From Spirochaetia bacterium (GTDB lineage Bacteria; Spirochaetota; Spirochaetia; SZUA-6; Bin103): a stretch of 64,000 nt of DNA. Shown piece by piece: positions 39,443-49,602 of the stretch; within the stretch, counting starts at the first letter, position 1; each line of letters starts with the position of its first letter. The translations under genes were made by a program, and so were the position numbers. The stretch spans positions 7,680,001 through 7,744,000 of the forward strand of contig CBDBDQ010000005.1 of NCBI GenBank assembly GCA_965203905.1, given 5' to 3'. The notes under the pieces were generated by a model. The model did no database searches. It worked only from the letters and a program-made list of their open reading frames with translations, and was not told where the DNA came from.

Positions 39443-41215
39443 ATGCGGCGCCCCACCCCAAACAACAGCGCGCCGAGCGGCCGCGACGCCGACTTCATCG
39501 TCGTCGGTGCCGGTGCGGCCGGTGGCGTGATGGCGGCACGGCTCTCCGAGGGCCGCGCGAAGCGAGTGCTGCTGCTCGAGGCAGGACGCGACTACGACAG
39601 GGCCGGAAGCAACGAAGGTCTCCCGGACACGATTCGCTACGGCTACGGGAATCGGGGCAACGGTGGCCCGGCAGAGATCCGAGGGCATCACTGGTATCCG
39701 GATTCCGACAACCCCCTATCCAAAGACGAGGCGTTCGCGCGGCGGGGCGGCCTCTACGGCTACACGCGCGCGGGCGGACGGCGCGCCGTCGACCTGCCGC
39801 GCGGGCGTGTGGTCGGCGGGACGACCTCGGTGAACAGCCAGATGTGGGTCCGTGGCACGACCGAGGATTTCGAGCACTGGAGCGGGACGCTCGGCTGCGC
39901 GACATGGTCGTTCGAAAACGTGCTGCCGTTCTTCAACGCCGTCGAGTCGGACGCTGACTATGGGGCCGAAGACTTCCACGGAGACCGCGGCCCCGTCCCT
40001 GTCCGGCGCCACCCGCGCTCGGAGTGGCGGGCGGCCGACGTCGCCTGGCACGACGCCTGCGTGGCGGCCGGATTCGACTGCTGCGCGGACGTCAACGAGC
40101 CCGGGACTGCGGGCGGTGTTGGGTCGCTGGCGCTGAACAACGTGAACCGCGTGCGCCAGAGCTCGGCGCTCACTTTTCTCGCCCAGGCGCGGGGCCGCCC
40201 GAACCTGGTCATCCGCGGTGATTCCGAGGTCCGGCGTGTTCTCTTCGATGACGACCGCGGCACGCCACGGGCAGTCGGCGTGGAGCTGACGGACGGCACG
40301 GTTCTGCGTGCCCGGACCGAGGTGATCCTATGCGGTGGGGCGATCGGTTCGCCGCACATGCTCCTGCGCTCCGGCGTGGGTCCCGCGGAGGAGCTCGAGG
40401 CGGCGGGGGTCGCCACGATTATGGATCTCCCCGGTGTCGGCCGGAACCTGCGCGACCACGTTGCGCTTCCGTTGACGTTCCGAATGAAGGAAGGCATCGC
40501 CTCGAACAACGTCGACGGCTCCGCGCACCCCATGCCGATGTACCTTCGGTACACCGCAGACGCGCTCGACGGGATGGCGCCCATGAGGAACGACATGCTG
40601 TTTTTCCTGGGACCGCTGCAGAGCCAGGTGGGCGAGGTCGAGCGCTTGGCCGGCCACAACTCTTCCGGCCACCGCGTTTTCGTCATCATTCCGACCCTCA
40701 TGCTCGAGCTCAGCGCGGGCACGCTGAAGATGCCGGCCCCCTCCGCAGACGGCGCACCAGACATGGAGGCCATGCCCGTGATCGAGATGGGCTGGTTGGA
40801 GCATCCTGCCGATCGCATACGCCTTCGCGAGGGGCTGCGCCTGGCGCTGCGGCTCGCCGCCTCCACCGAGATGGCGACCGTCCTCGAAGGTCCGATCGTG
40901 CCGGCCGAGGACGAGGTGACGGCCGAGTCGTCCGACGCCGCCCTCGACGACTGGGTCGAGAGGCACGTCATTACGTCGCACCACCAGAGCAGCTCGTGTC
41001 GAATGGGCGATCCCGCCGACCCGACGGCGGTGTGCGACGAAGACGGGAACGTGCTCGGGACGAAGGGCCTGCGCGTGGTGGACGCGAGCCTGATGCCGGA
41101 TTGCCCGCGGGCAAACACGCAGGCGACGACCTATATGATGGCTGAGCGTATCGCGGGCATCGTCAACCACGGCTCGTTGGCGGCGGCGCTCCGGGCCGCG
41201 GTCGAGGGAGAGTGA
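39443..41215 (+). CDS. GMC oxidoreductase (choline dehydrogenase-like)
   Basis: VGAGAAG, RGRVVGGTTSVN, GVGRNLRDH, SCRMG, GLRVVDAS. Confidence 0.9.
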   Translation: MRRPTPNNSAPSGRDADFIVVGAGAAGGVMAARLSEGRAKRVLLLEAGRDYDRAGSNEGLPDTIRYGYGNRGNGGPAEIRGHHWYPDSDNPLSKDEAFARRGGLYGYTRAGGRRAVDLPRGRVVGGTTSVNSQMWVRGTTEDFEHWSGTLGCATWSFENVLPFFNAVESDADYGAEDFHGDRGPVPVRRHPRSEWRAADVAWHDACVAAGFDCCADVNEPGTAGGVGSLALNNVNRVRQSSALTFLAQARGRPNLVIRGDSEVRRVLFDDDRGTPRAVGVELTDGTVLRARTEVILCGGAIGSPHMLLRSGVGPAEELEAAGVATIMDLPGVGRNLRDHVALPLTFRMKEGIASNNVDGSAHPMPMYLRYTADALDGMAPMRNDMLFFLGPLQSQVGEVERLAGHNSSGHRVFVIIPTLMLELSAGTLKMPAPSADGAPDMEAMPVIEMGWLEHPADRIRLREGLRLALRLAASTEMATVLEGPIVPAEDEVTAESSDAALDDWVERHVITSHHQSSSCRMGDPADPTAVCDEDGNVLGTKGLRVVDASLMPDCPRANTQATTYMMAERIAGIVNHGSLAAALRAAVEGE

Positions 41216-41311
41216 CCTACGCGCGCCATGGCGCGGGCCCAAGGACACAAGACGCGAGGGTCAAGATGCGGAGCACGTCTCCATCGGCATCGGGGGCGGC
41301 TGTGCCTTTGA

Positions 41312-41395
41312 CTCACCAAACCGTATTCAGCCATCCGAGATCGCGCATCAGCTTATCCTTGGTTACCAGCGGCGCGTCTTGGGATAAGGCAATCT
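41312..41395 (-). pseudogene. C-terminal remnant of a VapC toxin
   Basis: ALSQDAPLVTKDKLMRDLGWLNTVW*. Confidence 0.55.
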
Positions 41396-41643
41396 CGGTG
41401 TTGGTGGAAGAAGAACGTTGACCGCTCTGAGGTTTCAGATCCACGCACGGGAACACCGCCTAATCAGAATTCTGCCGCGGCCGATCGAGCGGCGGCACGA
41501 CGTGGCAGCGCTACCTCTCACGCCACCACGATCCGCGCCGGCACCACCGGCCAACCGTCACTCTAGCGGTGCGCTCAGGTTGACCAGCACATGATGAGGC
41601 ATAGCAGAGTCAGTGTAAACGGTCGTCCTGTCTCGCGCTCGGG

Positions 41644-42696
41644 TTACGCCCGCCGCAGCTGCACGTTCGCAACCGCCAGCAGCGACTCGACGCAGTCGCG
41701 CAGCGACTCATCGAACGGCCGAAACTCGACGCCGGTGACGGCGCGAACGCGGTCGTTGCGCAGGTCGCAGCCGGCCCAGATCGCTCGCAGCTCCGCCTCC
41801 CGCGCCTTCGTTTCCTCAGACTGTTTGTCGGCGACCGAAGCTTCGGTGCGCCCCAGCTCCGGCAGCAGCTGGCCGATTCGGCGGTCGATCGCTTCCACCT
41901 TGTGCATCTCGGCTGCCCAGGCCAGGTAGCGCTCGCCGCTGCGCACCTGCACGCTCTCGAGCAGGCCGATGTGGCAGTCGGCGGTGTCGCGCACGTCGAC
42001 CGGCATCCACGGCCGATAATCCTCGGTCTGCGGATACTCACCCAACAGCATCATCTCGATACGGTGCTGCCACGGCCCCATGTCCTTCTGGTGCGCGGAC
42101 TGTATCGGGCCGACGTTGTCGGCGGGCAGGCACGCGATCGACTCCCATCTGCCGCTGCGCTCGGCGGCCTGGGCGAACGAGCGCTCGGCGATGAGCTTGC
42201 CCATCGCGTAGCCGGCGCGCTTGGCCGTCCAGTCGGGTTGCTGCTCGTTCGGGTAGCGGTCCTCGTAGAGTACCGGACGCGGCGCCAGCTCCCGCCGGTC
42301 CACCTCGGCCGACACGGCGGCCAGGCTGGAGGTGACAATCACCCGGCCAACGCTCCCGGACTTGTCGATGCTGGCGATGGTGTGATCGCACACCATCCGG
42401 ACGTAGTCCATATCGTCGTACTTGCTGACGTGCGACACGTGACACACGCCGTAGCAGCCGGCAAAGGCCTGGTCGAAACAGCCAGGCTGGTCTAAGTCGG
42501 CGCTGTGGATTGAGAGTCGGCCCGACGCGTAGCCGGGCATCTGTCGCAGGAAGGTAGTGCGAGTCGAGTCATCGGAGTCGCGCACGCAGGCGCGCACGCG
42601 GTACCCCTTGTCCAGCAGCCGCCGCACCACCCAGCCGCCGATGAAGCCGGCAGCGCCGGTAACTGCGACGGTGCCGCCCTTCTGTACTGGTGCCAT
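41644..42696 (-). CDS. NAD-dependent epimerase/dehydratase (dihydroflavonol-reductase-like extended SDR)
   Basis: VTGAAGFIG, TSSLAAV, YAMGK (YxxxK), VDVRD. Confidence 0.88.
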   Translation of the reverse strand: MAPVQKGGTVAVTGAAGFIGGWVVRRLLDKGYRVRACVRDSDDSTRTTFLRQMPGYASGRLSIHSADLDQPGCFDQAFAGCYGVCHVSHVSKYDDMDYVRMVCDHTIASIDKSGSVGRVIVTSSLAAVSAEVDRRELAPRPVLYEDRYPNEQQPDWTAKRAGYAMGKLIAERSFAQAAERSGRWESIACLPADNVGPIQSAHQKDMGPWQHRIEMMLLGEYPQTEDYRPWMPVDVRDTADCHIGLLESVQVRSGERYLAWAAEMHKVEAIDRRIGQLLPELGRTEASVADKQSEETKAREAELRAIWAGCDLRNDRVRAVTGVEFRPFDESLRDCVESLLAVANVQLRRA

Positions 42697-42931
42697 TTGA
42701 TCCGGAGCGTATCCGACCCGATCTGGTCGATCAAGTCCGCCAGGGCGTGGCGCCTCGCACAGGGCGCGCGGCCCAACCGCCCAACCTCTTGCATGCCTCG
42801 AGCAAACGGAGTAGTTGTGTGCTATCCAGTCGTGACCATCAAGACCAACGGAACTCAGCGGCGCGCCCGCGACATCAGCACAATGGTGATACCTGCGATC
42901 CGGCAAAAGGGCCCATTGGCCGATTCGGAAC

Positions 42932-42982
42932 GTGTCCCAAGGCCCCTTCGACACGGCAAATGAGATCGTCAGTAGGGATAGG
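42932..42982 (+). repeat. Second copy of the ~50-bp repeat
   Basis: Few mismatches to 38953-39002. Confidence 0.75.
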
Positions 42983-43014
42983 CGTGTAAGCACACATACG
43001 CTTATGATGGATGT

Positions 43015-43239
43015 ATGAGTACAACTCGATGGTCGCTGGTGGTCTCCGAAGCAACTGACCGCGCCCTGCGTACCTTCCTTGCGAGTCGGGGACTGAAGAA
43101 AGGGCATCTCTCGCAGTTTGTTGAGGACGCCGTGAGAGAAAAGCTGTTCGATCTGACCGTCGCAGAAGTCAAAGAGCGAAACGCGGGACAAACCGATGCT
43201 GTCATGCAGGCCGTCGAGGAGGCTCTCGAGCGAGCCTGA
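43015..43239 (+). CDS. Ribbon-helix-helix antitoxin
   Basis: RWSLVVS..TDRALR.FL....KKG.LSQFVEDAV; TATGAT just before the ATG. Confidence 0.75.
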   Translation: MSTTRWSLVVSEATDRALRTFLASRGLKKGHLSQFVEDAVREKLFDLTVAEVKERNAGQTDAVMQAVEEALERA

Positions 43240-43242
43240 GGC

Positions 43243-43652
43243 GTGCGTGTTGTGCTCGACACCGGAATCCTCGTTGCCGCTCTGATCACACGGACACACC
43301 CCCAGACCAACTGTACCAGCTGTGGCGCAAGCGACGGTTCACGCTGATCACGTCCGAGCCGCAGTTAAGCGAGTTCCGGCGCGTCACTCGTTACCCGAAG
43401 CTGCGTCGGTTTCTGAAGGCTCACGAAGCGGGGACCCTCCTGCGCGGGGTGCGTGCGCGAGCTGTTGTTGTCCCAGGGCTGCCACAGATCGATCTTGTCG
43501 ACGACCCCGACGACAATCTCGTGCTTGCCACCGCTCTCGCCGGCGAGGCTGACTATCTGGTCACCGGAGATCGGCGTCACCTACTGCACCTGAAGAAGGT
43601 GCAGCACACGAGGATCTTGACGGCACGTGAGCTCACAGAGTTGCTCAACTGA
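43243..43652 (+). CDS. PIN-family toxin; frameshift near 43295
   Basis: MRVVLDTGIL, DPDDNLVLATA, ADYLVTGD. Confidence 0.8.
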
Positions 43653-43860
43653 CCGTTCCCGACGAACGGGACCGGCCGATGGCCATACCAAGTTCTCGAT
43701 CCCATCCCTGGTGTTGCGTTGCGCGCCCCGAGCCGAAGTTCGTTGCAGGATAGATGGCACGGAGTGTGGGCGGTGGGTGTTCCGTTCCGAGCGTGTCCCT
43801 GGAGCGGAACGCGGGAACGGCGGAACGGTGGGCGGATGAGAGCGAGTAGGCCGTTGGGAG

Positions 43861-44802
43861 TCAGGCCGGCAGGTGCCAGCCGGCGGGACCGCGGACGGCG
43901 AGACCGCGTTGCTGGAGAGATTGGAGGGCGAGACCGAGACGAGCGTTGTTGACGCGCAGGCGTTGGCGGAGGGCGGTCCTGGAGAGCGGCTGGCCGGCGG
44001 TGCGAAGAGCGGCGCGCACGGCCTCGGTGAGCGGGGGCGGCGGAGCGGCGGCACCGTCGACGATCAGCGAGAGGGGCTGGTGGGCGCCGCCTGAGAGGCG
44101 CAGCAGGAGGGGATCGGGAGCGGGAGCGGCGCGGTGTTCGACGGTGAGTTGGAGCCGGTCGTCGGCCCGCCGCACGAGGTAGCATGCGGAGTCGGTCCAG
44201 GCATGCAGATCGGAGGAGCCGCGCAGGGACTGGCCGAGATTGCGGCGCGAACGCTTGGCCATGTGGTGGACGAGGACGACCGCGAGCTGATGGCGGCGAT
44301 TGATGGCGCGCAGAAAGCCGAGCAGGGAAGAAATGTCTGAAGCGCTGTTTTCGTCGAGGGAATGAAGGCGGACCAGGGGGTCCAGCAACAGCAGCGCCGG
44401 GCGGATGCGTTGCACGGTGTGGTCGAGAGCGAGCCGGTCGCGCTCGGTGTCGAGGCGCAGCCGGTCGGCCGTGACGACGTGCAGGTCGAGGCGGGACAGG
44501 TCGAGGCCGCGGTGGCGGCACAGGTGGGCGACGCGGTCGCGGACGCGCGGCAGAGCATCCTCGGCAAGATAGACCAGGGCGGGTCCGGTGGCGTCGACCG
44601 GGAACCGCCCGAGGGCGGGAGTGCCGGACGCGACCGAGACGGCGAGATCAAGACCGAGCCATGACTTGCCAACCTTGGGGCTGCCGCCAATCACGCCGAC
44701 AGCGGCGGTGGTCCAGAGGTCGCGCACCAGCCACTGGGGAGTGTCTGGTTGGGGATCGATGGCATGGACCGGAACGGTGGGCAGGGGACCGGTCATGGCC
44801 AC
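43861..44802 (-). CDS. RecA/RepA-like AAA_25 ATPase (helicase-like) with probable C-terminal HTH
   Basis: WLVRDLW, GSPKVGKS, YLAED, LLDPL, VHH..K, RGSS. Confidence 0.8.
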   Translation of the reverse strand: MAMTGPLPTVPVHAIDPQPDTPQWLVRDLWTTAAVGVIGGSPKVGKSWLGLDLAVSVASGTPALGRFPVDATGPALVYLAEDALPRVRDRVAHLCRHRGLDLSRLDLHVVTADRLRLDTERDRLALDHTVQRIRPALLLLDPLVRLHSLDENSASDISSLLGFLRAINRRHQLAVVLVHHMAKRSRRNLGQSLRGSSDLHAWTDSACYLVRRADDRLQLTVEHRAAPAPDPLLLRLSGGAHQPLSLIVDGAAAPPPPLTEAVRAALRTAGQPLSRTALRQRLRVNNARLGLALQSLQQRGLAVRGPAGWHLPA

Positions 44803-45596
44803 AGCGACTTGCGAGCGGCGATCACGTCGCCGGCGCTGACGGTGGAGTGGGACGACTTGGCGGCGCGTTGCAGGGCGGCCAGGGCGAGGCGGTCGATGGC
44901 GCGCAGGTTGCCGCGGCTCATTTCGAAGATGGTTTGCTGAGCGTCGCCGTCGAAGGGATTGGTGCGCGCGCCGGCGAGGGTGCAGCGATGTTCGAGGTAG
45001 GCGCAGGTTTCGTCACGGGACAGGAGGCGCAACTCGGCGTAATGCGCGAGGCGGTGCGCGATGGCGGCTTGCTCGGGACGCCGCAGGAGCTGTCTGAGAG
45101 CAGGCTGGCCGGCGAGCACGAGGGACACGACGAGGCGACTGTCCATTTCGAAGTTCGTGAGGACGCGCAACATGGCCAACGATTCGGGGCGCAGGTCATG
45201 TGCTTCGTCGAGCAGGATAACCGGGCGCATGCCGTCGCTGGCGGTGTGATCGAAAGCGCCCTGCAACTTGCGCACGAGGGCGGGATAGATGCCGGTGGGA
45301 GAGAGGCCGCAGGCGACGGCGATCTCCTTGCACAGGTCACGCTTGGAGAGGCCGGTGACCTTGACGTAGTGGACGCTGAAGCGCACCTCCGGGAGAGCGG
45401 CGACGAGCATGCGCAAGGCGACGGTCTTGCCGGTGCCGGCGGGAGCGATGAGTGCGGCGCTCATGCGCTCCTGGACGGCCTCGGTGAGAGCGGCGGCGAC
45501 CTGGGCCTGAGGTTCGAGCGGGAAGCACTCGCGCACCTGCAACTCGCGGGTAAAGGGGGTCTTGCGAAAGCCCAGTGTGCTGAGGTCGTGGCTCAT
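44793..45596 (-). CDS. ExeA/GspA-like AAA+ ATPase (transposition regulator-like)
   Basis: GFRKTPF, APAGTGKT, LLDEAH, LAGQPAL, SRGNLRAID. Confidence 0.85.
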   Translation of the reverse strand: MSHDLSTLGFRKTPFTRELQVRECFPLEPQAQVAAALTEAVQERMSAALIAPAGTGKTVALRMLVAALPEVRFSVHYVKVTGLSKRDLCKEIAVACGLSPTGIYPALVRKLQGAFDHTASDGMRPVILLDEAHDLRPESLAMLRVLTNFEMDSRLVVSLVLAGQPALRQLLRRPEQAAIAHRLAHYAELRLLSRDETCAYLEHRCTLAGARTNPFDGDAQQTIFEMSRGNLRAIDRLALAALQRAAKSSHSTVSAGDVIAARKSLWP

Positions 45597-46990
45597 GGCT
45601 GCTGCTCCTGGTCGTGGCGGTCGTCGTGCGGGTCGCTATAGCCGCCGTCGGGATCGACCAGCGGGCGGGTGTCGTTGGCGTAGGCGATGCCGGCCGCGGT
45701 GGCGGGGAGTTCCTCGCCGTCGTCGTCGTCAGTCGGTTGCGGCGCGCTGCCGGAGCCGCGCGGTGAGGTCGCGTTGGCATGCGGGTCCACCTCGGCCAGT
45801 TCGATCATGCGGCCCTGGTGCAGCACCCACAGGCGCCCGTCGAGCACGTGGCGCGCCACCTCGACCCAACTGCGGGCGCTGCGGAGCGGTGCTTCCCACA
45901 ACCGACCGCCGGCCTTGATGACGTGATCGTTGGAGACCTTGTGCAGGGCGCGCACCACGAAGCGGCGGTACAGGTCGGCGTCGTCGGTCGGGAAGCGCAG
46001 CTCGCGTCCCTGCTCCCAGCGCTGGCGCGGGGTGATCTCCTTGCCCAGAGTCTCGTGCGGGGTGTCGTTGTAGCGGTTCAGGAAGTGGCGCAGGCGCAGT
46101 GTGAGTGCCTGGCAGGCGGGGTCCACGTCGGCGGCGCCGTCGAGGGCACGCAGCGCCTAGTCGTAAGCGGTGCGGTGGAAGCGCTCGACGGCGCCGTGGC
46201 CCTCGGGATACCTGCTGGCGCCGTGGATCAGCAAGGCGCCCAGGCCGCCCTGGACCACCGCCAGGGTGTCCTTGGAGATGAAGCCCGGTCCCTTGTCCAG
46301 GTAGTACAGGTCCGCGCTACCGTGCCGCATGACCGCTTCGTGGAGGCCGCGCAGGAACAGTTCGCTGGACTCCGCGGTGCCCACCACCACCTCGAGGCCG
46401 TAGCGGGTGGCATCGTCGAGGAAGAACAGCGCGACCCGGCGCAGCCGCGCCGCGCCGGCGCGGAAGTGCTTGCCGTCGGCGAGCACGCACTGCATACGCT
46501 CGGCGTAGCGCCAGCGCCGGGTGTCGCCGTCACGCTTGTGCGGTCGCACGCGCGTCGGCAAACCCATCCGCCGGCAGGCGCGCCACACCGTGGTGCGATC
46601 GATCTTCAGGTCGACCGGGATGATGCCGCGCTCGCGCGCCCGGCGCACCATCTCCGGTACCGAGGCGCGCGCATCACGCTGCTTCTCGGTGCGCACAAAG
46701 GTGACCAGCTTGGAGCTCAGCGCCAGGGAAGTCGCGATGCGGGTGCGCGGCTGCGGCTCCAGGGCAGCCAGGCCGCCGGCGGCCCAGGCAGCACGCCAGC
46801 GTTGCAAGGTGCGTACGCTGACCCGCAGCGGGCGACCGTTCAGGTCCACGCGGTCGCGACCGGCAACGTGCCGTACCGCGGCTCCCGCGGGGTATCCGCG
46901 CAACACCAGGGCCTCCACCTCGGCGACTGCCAGGGAGCGCACCAGCGCGGTCGCCGAGGCCGGTAACGGGGGACGCGTCGAGTCATTCAT
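45593..46990 (-). pseudogene. Mu/rve-type DDE transposase (465 codons) interrupted by an in-frame TAG at 46157-46159
   Basis: HTH SVRTLQRW, LADG, LDDATR, YLDKGPGF, GHGAVERFHRT; the same frame continues to YNDTPHETL..TP. Confidence 0.85.
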
Positions 46991-47844
46991 GCGCCTACCG
47001 TAGCGCCGCCCGAGGCTGCTCGAACGGGCGCTTTCGTGGCCGGCGGCGCCCGTCCCCGAGGGCTGCCGGCCATCTCCTTCTCCCGCGCTTCGGAACGACC
47101 CGTCGCGGTAACGATCCAGCTCTTGCCGGCCTGCTCCCAGCGCGCCACCAGCCGCGGGCGCGGTGGCCCCCACAGATCGCTGACCGCACCCGCCGCTCCC
47201 ATGCGGTCCCCCAGCGTGGCGCTCACCGCCAGCGCCACCAGCACCGCCACGATCGCGGCTCCGCGGCTCTGCCAACTGCGCTCCCAACTGCGTGCTCCCG
47301 CGAGCACCGTCATGGTCGCCACTCCCAGCCGCGTCGCGATCTGCTCTCGCTCCCGCTCCTCCAGTTCCGGGCTCACCCCGGTCAGCCGTCCGGCCATCTC
47401 CAACCGCCGCTCCTGGGTACGCCGGCATGGCGTACTCGACGACCGCCACCAGTGCAACTCCGATGGCCACCCCTTCTCCTGCTCCGCATCCTGCGCTGCC
47501 CTGAACAGCGTCGCCTGCCACTGCGGTTGGCTGCTGTCAGCGTCGAGCAACAGCTCGCCGTCTGTGCTGTACCGCACCACAGCCACCCGTCCGTACGGGT
47601 AATGTCCCGGCGGATACAGCGTGTAGCGCCGCCCCCCATGCTCCCGGCACCCCACCACCGCTATCGGGTAGCACGGTCCGCTCTTGCGCTCTCGGTAATG
47701 ATCGACGAAGATGGCACACGTCTGCTCCCCCGTGGCGTAGACGCATCGTGTCGGCAGCACGGCGTGTAAGGCTCCGTCCTTATCCGTCTCGTAGCTCGTC
47801 GTCGCGTACGGGAGCGCGTGTGCCTCGGTTCCACCCTCGGACAC
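46987..47844 (-). CDS. Cys/His-containing hypothetical protein, first gene of the transposon operon (weakly DUF6431-like)
   Basis: C-x8-C...CREH...YTLYPPGHYPYGR; ATGA overlap with the transposase start. Confidence 0.6.
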   Translation of the reverse strand: MSEGGTEAHALPYATTSYETDKDGALHAVLPTRCVYATGEQTCAIFVDHYRERKSGPCYPIAVVGCREHGGRRYTLYPPGHYPYGRVAVVRYSTDGELLLDADSSQPQWQATLFRAAQDAEQEKGWPSELHWWRSSSTPCRRTQERRLEMAGRLTGVSPELEEREREQIATRLGVATMTVLAGARSWERSWQSRGAAIVAVLVALAVSATLGDRMGAAGAVSDLWGPPRPRLVARWEQAGKSWIVTATGRSEAREKEMAGSPRGRAPPATKAPVRAASGGATVGA

Positions 47845-47895
47845 TCGCTGCCTCTCGTGTGCCTCGACTCGCGGTCACCCGCCCGCCGAGGCTGC

Positions 47896-47933
47896 AAAAA
47901 AGTGAAGCCCGCAGCATTCACCTGCTGCGGGCT
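47896..47933 (-). terminator. Hairpin plus T6; insertion target of the IS110
   Basis: Minus strand AGCCCGCAGCA-GGTGAA-TGCTGCGGGCT TCAC TTTTTT. Confidence 0.7.
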
Positions 47934-47949
47934 CCTTAGAAACACATAG

Positions 47950-49335
47950 TCAGGCGGCGTGAGGTACGAGATCGAAGCCGAGAGAACGGGCTTGGTTGCG
48001 CAGGTTGCGCTCACGGCGTTTGCGATCCTGGCAGTGCTGTTGCGAGAGCAGGTCGTCGTCGTAGAGGACATGGTGCGTGACGAGGTGGTAGATGATGCGA
48101 GCCATCTTGTGGGCGGTGGCGGTGATTGCCTGTGGAGTGCCGAGGCGGGCACGCTTGCGGCGAAAGTGATCTCCGAGCGAGGAGTGGCTCCGATACAGCG
48201 TTTGGGTTGCGATGCGGAGCGCCTGAGCGGCGCGATTGGTGCCGGGTCCGGTCTTCGAACTGATGATCTTGCCGCCGGTGATCTTGTTGTGGGGGCAGAG
48301 ATTCAACCAGGAAGCAAAGTGCGCGGCGTCGGGAAAGCGTGACAGATCGGCGCCGATTTCGGTAAACAAGGTAAGGGCAGTGCTCTCGCCGATGCCGGGA
48401 ATAAGGGTCAGGTCGGTACCGAACAGGCGCGTGAGGTGGCGGCTCAGCACGAACCGTTCAGACGTACTCGGGGAGCTGGGAGCCTCACCTTCGCCGGGAA
48501 CCGCGCTGCGGTCGGCGCCGGAGGGAACGTCAGGCGGCACATTCGGGTCCGTCTCCAGGGTGCCGATCATGGTCTTGATCTGCTGATCGCAGGTATCGAT
48601 GAGCTGCTGGTAGTGCGCATAGGTCAGCCGCGCTTGCTGCAGGGTAAACAGATGCTCGGGACGCCAGTCACCTTGCAGTGCCTTGATCAACGTCTCGCGG
48701 CTGGCTCTGATCCCGCGATGGGCCAGCGCGGCCAATCGTGCTGGAGCCCGTTCCCCGCCCAGGATGGCGTCGGTGATGGCCATGCCGGTCACCCCGGTCA
48801 GATCAGAGATCGCATGGTGCAAATGGATGTTCATCTGATCGTAGGATTTCTGCATATGCAGCACGCTCCGCGATGCCGCCTTCACCAGGGTGTCGCGATG
48901 GCGCAGCAGCGTGCGCAGCGCGCACACCTCGTCGGGCGGGCGGAAGGAGCCGCTCAGCAGTCCCACCGAATGTAGATGACGCAGCCATTCGCAGTCGGCT
49001 ACGTCGCTCTTGCGACCGGGCACCGAGCGCACATGACGGGCGTTGACCAGTACCACGTCGAAGCCACGAGCTTCCAGGATCTGGAGCACGGGTATCCAGT
49101 AGACGCCGGTAGACTCCATAGCGACCGTGGTTACCCGGCACTCGCTGAGCCAGTCGGCCAACGCGTGCAGGTCGCTGGTGAACGTGGGGAAATTACGGAT
49201 CGGCACCGCGGCGCGATCTTCGCGTACTGCGGCGTACACCGCGGTGGCGCCTATATCCACACCTGCGGCGTCGGGATGGACCTGGTTCGGCTGCGCCGGG
49301 CGTTTGCCGTTGCGTCGCCTCTTACGTCGTGCCAT
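47950..49335 (-). CDS. IS110 family recombinase/transposase
   Basis: DEDD motifs GVDIG, AMESTGVYW, KSDVAD; Tnp20 domain IPGIG, EIG.DLSRF, A.AHKMARIIY. Confidence 0.93.
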   Translation of the reverse strand: MARRKRRRNGKRPAQPNQVHPDAAGVDIGATAVYAAVREDRAAVPIRNFPTFTSDLHALADWLSECRVTTVAMESTGVYWIPVLQILEARGFDVVLVNARHVRSVPGRKSDVADCEWLRHLHSVGLLSGSFRPPDEVCALRTLLRHRDTLVKAASRSVLHMQKSYDQMNIHLHHAISDLTGVTGMAITDAILGGERAPARLAALAHRGIRASRETLIKALQGDWRPEHLFTLQQARLTYAHYQQLIDTCDQQIKTMIGTLETDPNVPPDVPSGADRSAVPGEGEAPSSPSTSERFVLSRHLTRLFGTDLTLIPGIGESTALTLFTEIGADLSRFPDAAHFASWLNLCPHNKITGGKIISSKTGPGTNRAAQALRIATQTLYRSHSSLGDHFRRKRARLGTPQAITATAHKMARIIYHLVTHHVLYDDDLLSQQHCQDRKRRERNLRNQARSLGFDLVPHAA

Positions 49336-49602
49336 GAAAAGCCTCCACTATGCACCAAGTGCAGCGGCCGAGGCGTGAACAAGAGGCATTCTCCTTACCG
49401 GGATGGCCGTCGCCGACAGTGCCGGTGCCGACCTCACCAATGACTACGCCACCTGCCTCGGGACCAAGCTTCACAACGGGTTCGCCACAGCGGGCGGTCA
49501 CACCAATGTTCGCGCGGCCTACTTTCGCGCCCCACTCGGTGAAATATCGCCCCCAGTATATCTCGCTCCCGTTTCTTCCATGATCACTCCGGACCGTCAG
49601 GC
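49336..49602 (-). ncRNA. Candidate IS110 bridge RNA
   Basis: Contains TGTGAAGC (target match) and TAAGGAG (donor match); 5' hairpin CCGGGCC-TGAC-GGTCCGG. Confidence 0.7.

Noticed and set aside
41644-43299. 551-aa ORF as a long epimerase
   Set aside because: The first ~200 codons are antisense to the TA pair and the repeat; real start is 42696
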